Shown here in pieces: positions 52,851 to 64,000 of a DNA stretch of 64,000 bases (the first letter of the stretch is position 1; each line of letters opens with the position of its first letter). Source of the DNA: the human T2T-CHM13v2.0 reference genome, Homo sapiens. The DNA lies in NCBI RefSeq assembly GCF_009914755.1, contig NC_060929.1. One strand, given 5' to 3'. Made by a program: the position numbers and the translations under genes. The notes under the pieces were generated by a model. The model saw only the letters and a list, made by a program, of their open reading frames with translations, had not been told where the DNA came from and made no database searches.

Positions 52851-54166
52851 AAGGCCTAGTATTTTTGTTTTTCAAAATTACTTCTGTTGTTTTGCCAGGG
52901 TGACACTCAATTCTTTGGGCCTCTTTAGAGACACACGCACGTTGTTTTTTTTTTCTTTCTGTTGGGCGCCTCGCTTTGCGCAGAAGGCCTCTGGCCCGGA
53001 GGCCCGTCCGGGGTAGGCGTCCAGGCAGGCCGGGGGTGGGGGGCCGGTCTGGCTTCGGCCCTCGGGGGGCGCCTGGCTTTCCCGCACCTAGTGCCTTCGC
53101 GGCGTTTGGCGTCTTCCAGCGCTTTGCCCTCACCCAGCCTTGCCCAGCCAGAGACGGGCTACGGGTCTTTTCCTGTTACAGAGCTGAGCCCACTCATGTG
53201 GTGCCAAGTAGCGACTATCTCTCGGCCACCTCCACCCAGAGCAATGTGGGCGCCCCCAGCGGGTGGGAGCGATTGCCGAGCGGCGCAAGGGCGTTTAACG
53301 CCTAACCCCCTCCTCCTGGGTTGCCAAGCCGCTAGGTCGCCGTTTCCAACGTGGCTGCGCGGGACTGAAGTCCGACGACTCCTCGTCCTCAGTAGGAGAC
53401 ACACCTCCCACTGCCCCCAGCCACGCGAGCTATGGGCAGAATCGGGGCAACGGTAATATCTGGATGGGGCAGGCTCCCCTGAGGCTGTGCTTAAGAAAAA
53501 AGGAATCTGGAGTAGCCTGAGGGGCCCCACGAGGGGGCCTCCTTTGCGATCGTCTCCCAGCCTTAGGCCAAGGCTACGGAGGCAGGCGGCCGAGTGTTGG
53601 CGCCCAGCCCGGCCGAGGACTGGATGGAGGACGAGAAGCAGCCTGCCTCTGGGCGACAGCTGCGGACGCAGCCTCGCCGCCTCGCCGCCTCAGCCTCGGT
53701 CCCAGCGTCTCTAAAGCCGCGCCCATTTTACAGATGCAGGGCAGGGAGACAAGAGGCATCTCCGGGGGCCGAGTAGAATGATGGCGCGGGTTCTCCCGGC
53801 GCCCTGATTTCGAGGCTGCGCCCGGGGCCCTACATGCAGGCGGGGAGGCCTGGGCCGAAGGCGTCTGCAAGGAGGGGCGAGTCTGCCCGGTCCGGGCAGG
53901 GAGTGAGGCCACAGTCAGTTCTCCCTAGGAGGCCGCGCAGCGGGTAGGGTATGGGACTGGGGGACGCAACGGGGACCTGGCCGAATCAGAGCCCTCAGCA
54001 GAGAACGCCGAAAACTCTGGGGCCGGCCGCTCGCTTCCCGCTAGTGGGAATGGTTTCCGGTCATCCGTTCCCAGTCCAGCCCCGGGTAGGGAGCTCTGAT
54101 TTGCAATGCACAGCACTTGCGAGGTTCGAATGCCCCCGCAATTTGCAGATGGAAATACTAAGCCTA

Positions 54167-54482
<316 letters not shown>

Positions 54483-57297
54483 TCAAAGAAGCTCTGATAA
54501 TAGTTCTGGGTCGTGCAGCGGTGGCGGCCCCGCGCTCTCGCCCCTAAAGCAAGCGCTCTTTGTACTGGGTGGAGGAGCTTTGAGTAGTGAGGGTGGAGAT
54601 GCAGCTTCTGGGTGGCGCAGCCACCCTGACACTAGGCCCGGGGTCGCAGTGGGACAGAAGAGTCTGCCGCTCTGACTTGGGCTCTGAGTTCCAAGGGCGC
54701 CCGGCACTTCTAGCCTCCCAGGCTTGCGCGCTGGCGCCTTTGCCATCCGTGCCGAAGTGGGGAGACCTAGCCGCGACCACCACGAGCGCAGCGGTGACAC
54801 CCAGAGGTCCCACCGGGCCCCTGGGCAGGGTAACCTTAGCCTGTCCGCTTCGGCAGCTTTGCGAAGAGTGGCGCGCAGCTAGGGCTGAGGCTCTTGCGGA
54901 CCTGCGGTCGAAGCAGGCGGCTGAGCCAGTTCGATCGCCAAGGCCTGGGCTGCCGACAGTGGTGCGCGCTCTGTTCCGCCGCGGCCGGGCCAGGCGCTCT
55001 GGAATAGCGATGGGGGGACACGGCCTCCAACTTTCTGCAGAGACCATCGGGCAGCTCCGGGCCTAAGCAGCGACCTCACCGAAGGTTCCTGGGAACCTTT
55101 GCCAAAATCCCAGCCTCTGCCTCGGTCCAGCTAAACCGTGTGTAAACAAGTGCACCAAGGCCGCAGAGCGGCTGGTGTGGTGCAGGCGCCTGCGTTCTGG
55201 AGTAGTGAAGGTTCCTCCACAGGGAAGGCGGTTTTCCTTCCGTGAAATTCGAAATTCAGCCCCCCAGTTCCAAGCGCCTGCTCCGTTAATAGCATCTACT
55301 CTCAGCGACGCCCAGACCCAGGCTGTGCACTGTCTTGGCTCAGACACTGGCAAAGTCCTCGAGAAATTGCCTTGGTGATCGGTGCCTTCCCTCGGGCCAC
55401 CCAGCCGCCGGTGGCACGGAGTCTTCCGCGCAGTTGTGCGGACCCTCGCTGTGTGGCCCTGAGCAAATGGTTTCGATTATCTGCAGCTTGGTTTCTGAAA
55501 CTGTAAAAATAGTCATTAAAGACTCTTCTAGAAAAAGCAAAAAAACAAAAACCATGGCATATGGTACAGCTGATGATCAGTTTTTTATGAAAACAAAAGT
55601 ATTTTAGAAGTATTTTTCGGATCAAAATCTAAGTGCGGGGTTTAATCAGAGGTGTTGCTATTTTGGAGGAAAAGACAGGAATGGAACAGCGTCCTCCACT
55701 GCCATGAATTGTCCTCTGGTCACCGGTAGTAGAGACAGTCGCACAGTCATCTGGGAAACTTGGCCTGGCTCCATCTGCCTAGACTTATCAGTGTCCTGGT
55801 ATTACCCTGAGGTTAGTGGCCATCACACCAGTTGAAACGAATGTCGTTGCTCTGTCAGACCCGCTGCCAATTAATGAGTTCGTTATTCAACCCCTTTACT
55901 ATGCTCTCACTTTGTGTAGGACAGGTGGGATGGGAGAAGAAAAAACGTGCGAACAGAATATTTGAGCAGGTTTTCTCCTACACCTTCCACCATCCCATTG
56001 ATCCCCTAAAACAGTTCTGTGTTCCCATTAAGTAGGAAGTTGAGGAGCAGAGAAGGCAGGCGACCCACCCAAGTTCACCCCCAGGTGCCTTAACCACCTC
56101 TGGCCTCAAAGGCCCTGGGGTGCCTGGCTGGCTGGCTGCGAGGCCCAAGCCAGGCCATGTCCCCACTGGACCACGGATCACAGCCTGGAAAAGCCCCATT
56201 GGCCGCAGGTTCATTAGAGAGATTTGTGCTGACCCAGGCTCCGTGATTTTAAGAAGCCAAATCTTTGAGTGGAGTGAGAGTCCTAGATTGTCTTTAAAAG
56301 CCTCCAGACCTCGCACAGCCCATGCGCTGGCTGCTACCGGGGATGTACTGGCTTTACTATCAAGCACTGTTGGTCGATGGATTTATCCCAGCTGTGCTGA
56401 AACTCTCCAGGGCTGAGAGCCTGCGATGGCAGAGCACCCTTTGCCTCCGTCCCCCATCCAGGAAAAATCCACTTCTTCCTCCAGCCAGCAGAGACTCAGC
56501 CAACAAGAGGAATGCAGAGCACTCCAGAGAAGAACCGAGAACTGCCCTTCCCCCCGCCCCCACCACCCCCAGTCAGGGAGGTAGCCCTCCATTGGTCCTA
56601 GGGGGCGAGGTCCGCCCTGAGGCAGGAGAAGTTGGTGTTGAGCTCAGGGGCCGATGGTGATTATCCAGCATGCGAAGCTGCCTTGCATTTGCATCCACTG
56701 TTCAGGTGCTACAGCTGGGGCACTTTTGTTCCTGGGACGTAGTGAGACTAAGAAGAAGGGGAGGGGAGAGCAGAGAGGGAACGCAACCCCGGGGAAGACG
56801 CCAAGAGAGGGTGCTGGGCCGGGGTGAACTTTATTAATGCCTGCCGTTTCCAGCTCGTTTGTTGGAGGGGGCGGACAGGGCTCCTCTGGGCAGGGATGGG
56901 GCCATGCCTTTATTAATAGTTCCCAGCTCCCCGAGGCCCTCAGAGCTGTGGCCACCTGTATCCTCCTGAGCCCAGGCTTCCAGCACCCAGCTACCATTTG
57001 GTGAGGGCATCTGCACCACCCCATGTAATCCTCAAAGGACCCCAAGAGATAGATACTATTGTAATCTCCACTTTAGAGATGAGTAAACTGAGGCTCTGAG
57101 GAGTGACACCACATTCCCAAGGCTCCTCTGGTGCCAGGACTTTAAGGGAAGCTGCCTGAATCCAGCTCGTTGGTTTTCTCCAGTGAGGCACCTCAAACCT
57201 TCTTGTTACTAAAGCCAAGGTCTTTATGTGACTGCCGAAGGGTTGAATATTACCATCCCCAAACAACACCACGTATAAACCAGAAAGTCCTGGGTGG

Positions 57298-57608
<311 letters not shown>

Positions 57609-58591
57609 TTGTTTTTTGTTTTTGTTTTTAGCATTGTGATTGCTGCTGCTACCATTAGAATCCCTTGTTATTTCTCTTTTGTTCCTCCTGAAGATGGTTG
57701 GAAGCTAATAGCTCTTGTGCTTTATCTAAGGGATTCAGGAAGGCTCTACTGCCCACCCGCACACCTCTGACTCCCAGCTCAGGCAGAAGAACAGGCTCTG
57801 GTGAACCCCTGTGGCGGTGAGGCGCCCTGGTGTAGCCCACAGCTGCTGGGGCTGAGGACTTTCAGCCCTAGGGAAGGAAGATGACAGGCACATTAATGCA
57901 TTCTGCCTCCTGCACCAAAATGCCCACAACTTATATGAAGCTTTAACAGGCCTGGGTTAAAATCTCAGCTTTGTCACTCACAAGCTGTGTGGTCCTAGAC
58001 AAGTCAGTTTGCATCTCTGTGCCTCAGTGTGTTCATCTGGATATTGCAAAAAATAGATCTTCCTCATGGGGTGGTTTGAAAGATTAAACCTGGAGCCCAG
58101 TGCACAGTAAACACTACAATGTTATTATAAATAGTAGGTGAATTTCCACATGGTAAATATTGTTCTTGTTTTCCTCATAGAGAGAAGGAAGCAAACCTAG
58201 TAACTCAAGTAGTGAGTAACTTGATCACCGGCAGACATTTAAGTAACGGAGCTGGAATTCAAACCTAGTTACGCCTGAGTTTATAGCCCTGACTTGCCTC
58301 AGTCTGCACCATGTCTCCCCTGAAGAAGACCTTCAGAAAAGGTTGTTGATTGATTGTTGAAAATCCAGATTATTCTAAGTAAGAGTAACCAGGGACTCTG
58401 CTGCCTTCTGGGGCTTCAGTTTCCTTTGGTTGCTGATGTTTGGCACATTGCAGGTGCTCAGTACATGTTCATAAAATAATCATACTAACGGGTAAGTAGC
58501 AATTCTAGAACCGCTACTGTGGGCCAGGCAGTGAACTGGGCATTTATGCAAGCATCTTACACATTTACCCTTAAAGTAAGCCTAGGAAGTA

Positions 58592-59340
<749 letters not shown>

Positions 59341-62300
59341 TGGATAGTGATATTCCATCTTGAAGATAAGAAAGTTGAGATTTGGGGATGTTAAGTAACT
59401 TATCAATGTCCCATAGAGTATGAAATGGGATGCAGGTGTTCTGACTCAAGAGAGAGAAGAAACCTGATAAATGCCGGGTGTCTACTATGTGTCGAGCACT
59501 GTATTCTGGGTCATGATGTGCATTTTCTCACTCAGTCCTCACAATCACTTTAGAAAACAGTTTTGAAGCCCTATTTTACAGATGAGAAAACTTAAGGCTC
59601 AGCAACTTGAAAGTGTATTTGCCCATAGCTAAATACAACAGTTCTCTACCTACTAGCTCAGGATGCTTCAATCCATTTCAAAAGTTGACCTCAAAGTCTT
59701 CAACCAAAGCTGAGGTGCTCTCTGCAGGTGGAGCAGACACTGTTATGGGAGGGATCATTCTCACATAAAACGCAGCCTCTCCCGTGAGGGGGCTAGGCAA
59801 ATGATATTCCTTGGGCTCTCAGGGAAGGAATGTCACTGACAGGGACCAGACAATGATGAAGTGTCCAGAAGCAAGAGGAACGCAGAGTGTTCCATCAGCG
59901 GCGAGGTGGGCAGAGGGCTTGAAGGCCTGTTCTCTGGCTGCATTGCTAGGAGCCGCCCCTCCTTGTTGACTTCTTCCCCTCCCCCGGCCTCCCTCTCCCT
60001 GCACCACTGACTCTGTTCCTACAGCCTCCAGAAGGAGCTGCCTTGGACAAAGGCCCCAGGCCTTTTGCACAGTTCCTGTTGAAAAGCATAGGAGGGAAGG
60101 GCATCTGTGTCTCTCAATTGCGTCTAAGATTTAAAGATCAAGAAAGGTGAATTGTTTGGTTTGTCCTTAAATTCACGTGGGGGGAAAGCAAAAGACCTTG
60201 AACCTGGAGTAACTAAGTCCTGAAGAGCAGGGTCCAGACTGACAATTCTTGGATCTGTTTCTTCCACATAAGCCAGGTTTTGCCAACACAGCCATGCACT
60301 GTTCTATACAAGCTTCTCCTGAGGCCTCATGATGCTCAGCAGAGCACTGAGCGCTTAGTAGGTGGCTCATTGAGTCCAGGCAGCTGCCTGACCCACAGTC
60401 TGAGCTCTGCACTTGAGCTGCAAGGCTGTCTCTGCTTGGTGAGAAGAGGTCAGGGTCTGAGGCTTCCTGCCAGAAGGTTGCTTGGGTGCCCTGAAGACAA
60501 AATTGAACCTGCCCTTTATGTATTTTAAAAACAATTTGTCAATGGCAACAATTTACAAAAATATATTCCTGTTGCAGTATCTCCCAATAGCTGGGATTTA
60601 TGGCTTCATCTCCTGGATCTGAAAGTATACCGGCATGCTCTAGCAAATGGGAAAATGTATGAACAATTTGTTGGCTTTTTTTTTTAATCAAGTTTTCCCA
60701 AATATGTAAACTCTGAGAGTGCCTTATTCTTTTTAAATGATCATTCATTTGTCTCCAGACTCTATCTTTTGGCACAATTTATTATTCTCTATTTCAAAAA
60801 ACTTAAATGCATTTTGCATATTAGCACGTAACTCTTGTTCCTGTCTCCTCAGTTGTGGAAAGGGCTGGATTGCTTTTATAAAGAAAAAAATGGCTAATAA
60901 AATCAGCCTCAGCACCATTGCTCTGCAATTCTTATGAACAGTAAAGTGGTACTTACCGTCATTGATGTTAAAAGCTATTTCTAAATTATGGTGCCATTTA
61001 TTATCTCTAGTGTCCAAAGTAAGTTTAAATGATGCTTATAATTCATGTTTTACCAAATTTCCTTTTCCCCCCGAGGATACCTCTGATTAACTTACGCACA
61101 TTAAAGCGCTCTTTAAATTCTTCTTTTATTGCCATTATGCTCTGAAAATCTCAGCGATTCTCAAAAATGGGTAATAAACTTGAGATAAAATGCTGCAGTT
61201 TTAGATCAATGCTGACATATCACTGTGGTGATTTCTACAGAGCTAAAGTGATAATGCTTCATATTTACGGAATATATACTAGGTTATTACTACAGTATTA
61301 CCATTTTGTTCTAAGATGAAATGAGTAATTTACCAATTTATTAAACAGTTACATTTAAGTATTGCTTAGGACATTACCACCCCAATCTGTTTACTTAGCT
61401 TGAAGAGTTACCATTAAGATACCCTGTTTATTTAGGTAAAATTTGTAATCATCAAGCCTTCCATTAACCAACTTATTTTTCTGCAAGGCTAATTGTCTGG
61501 AAATGACTTTCTTCTTATTTACTGTGCTATATTCTGCTTAGCTGGCTAAAAACGCCACCCCAGCAAACAGTGCTAGGGAAATTAATAATACATACAGAGA
61601 ACAGTTTTAATTAGTATAATACCAAATGTTAATAAAAGATTTATGACACCGTTAGAAAGTTCTAATGGAAGAGATCTTTACAGCTTCAGGCTCAATTTGT
61701 CAGCACAGCCACGGCTGCCTTTCATGGGAGGCCAGATTTGGCTGATTTTGAGAGGCTGCTGGGGTGCAGAGGCCAGACCGGGGACCTCTACCTTTAAAAG
61801 AGGTTCGCTTGGAGCTACATAGAGAGTTCACACTAGAGGAGGGGAATTTGAGGCATGGATAGGAATGCTAATTTTAACTTGAACGAAGCCAAGTTATCTG
61901 CAAAGAGGAAGGCAGGCCAGCCTGAGTCCCTCTGGAGACATTTTCTGGGGTACCAGTGGTTTTTTGTCCGAACTAGAACAGGACTTTGAGAAGCTGGGCT
62001 GCTATTAATTCAAAAGCCATGGGAAACCGTATGCAGCGAACCCAGGAAAAGGACACGCGTAATATTTATTATCTCTTTTGCGTCATTTGCTTACACACAT
62101 CTACAGTATTTAAATCTTCACAGCAGAAAGGTAGCATTAGCCTCGCTTTGCGGGTAAGCAAGTAAAGCTCTGGAGGGTAAGATCCTGGCCTGAGGTTTTA
62201 TAGCTCGTGCATGGAGCAGGATTTGAACCCAGGTGTGAGAAAACCTCAGTGCCCTGACTCCTGCAAGGCAGCCCCAACGTGAGGAGCGGCTGACCCCATT

Positions 62301-63145
62301 CTTCCGCCGCGTGTTTTGTCCACATGATGTCAGCCATATGAGGGTCCAGACTGCAGGGGGCGCATCCAGGCAAGCAACTGGGGGCTTGCATTTTCACGTG
62401 GGTGGGCTGGCGCATTTCCACCTCTTACTGTCCTTGCCCCTTTATATGTCCACCTTCCCTACTGTGGTATGAGCTCACAAGAGCAGGGGCTGTTTCTTAC
62501 CTCCTGGGGGTTCTCAGTGCCTGGTACATAGTAGGCATTAAAAAAAAAAAAAAAAAAGAATAAGTCCAAGGAAAAAAAGGAAGTGAAAAGGAGAATCAAA
62601 TACAGCTTCAGTTTTCGGTGTTAACGGGAGAAATACTGACCTTGCATAAATATATTGTGTTGTGTTGCAGAAACTCACCCGCCTCCCGGCCACCAAGCCC
62701 ATGCAACACTGGCTCAAGTATAAGGGGTTATTATTGTTGCCATTTTTTCCAGCCCCCAAGGGTCAGGTCTTGGGAGCAGCGGGAATCCTTCCTACGGTAA
62801 GCTGATTCTTTCTTAGCTCCCGTAATAAAAACTGACCAAACCAGTTACTTTCCTAACATTCTCTCCAATTTGAGAAGCTCCGTATCATGAGGCACTTGAG
62901 GGCTGATGGCTCATTTATCCAGCCCTGGATTAAAAGAGAAAAAAAACAAAAACAGCGAAAGTTCTTGGACAGAAATTTTCCAGGATATGTGGTAAAATAG
63001 CATGGGCTGTTTCTAGAAAAAGAAGCACAGTGTCTGAGACCCGGCCCGCCCTGGGAGGGACCCGAGAGGCTAGTCAGAGCACATTGCTCTGCAGAGCTGT
63101 TCCCTCTGAGAAGGAATCTTAGTCCTTCAGTGGGTGAAGGGTTAA

Positions 63146-63464
<319 letters not shown>

Positions 63465-63469
63465 CAAAT

Positions 63470-64000
<531 letters not shown>

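Noticed and set aside
54042-54133. tRNA-like A-box (tagtgggaatgg) and B-box (ggttcgaatgc)
   Set aside because: B-box lacks the invariant C, no cloverleaf can be folded, and adjacent sequence is MIR/Alu-derived
60908-60928. RE1-like tcagcaccattgctctg
   Set aside because: Only the left half-site; the GGACAG half is missing

Overview
Primate (by recognition, human chr5q35.1) genomic DNA, AT-rich and repeat-laden on the left and GC/CpG-rich from ~46.5 to 55.5 kb. Two genes lie on the + strand. (1) The last four coding exons and 3' UTR of RANBP17, an importin-beta/exportin-7 paralogue: exons 4025-4191, 32223-32321, 34227-34354 and 37102-37198 splice in frame to a C-terminus ending ...DGNTEPCSLDMMS*. 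(2) The complete three-exon homeobox gene TLX3/HOX11L2 (CDS 47706-48126, 48490-48733, 49727-49937; 291 aa with eh1, FPWME and Thr47 homeodomain motifs) inside a large CpG island. The rest is about 25 Alu elements/fragments, L1/L2/L3(CR1)/MIR fragments, MaLR LTRs, DNA transposons, a truncated U13 snoRNA retrocopy, microsatellites, and several transposon-poor, motif-dense blocks that look like long-range TLX3 enhancers. Almost all ORF-track entries are spurious. I found no convincing new protein-coding system. The most interesting unexplained signals are regulatory or evolutionary: a tandem CRE/M-box module facing bidirectional polyA signals at the TLX3 3' end, a 4-codon uORF and an in-frame upstream ATG in TLX3, an E-box/DR1 cluster 33 kb upstream, and a locally templated insertion scar inside an Alu. 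Repeat boundaries and subfamily calls are by eye and approximate.
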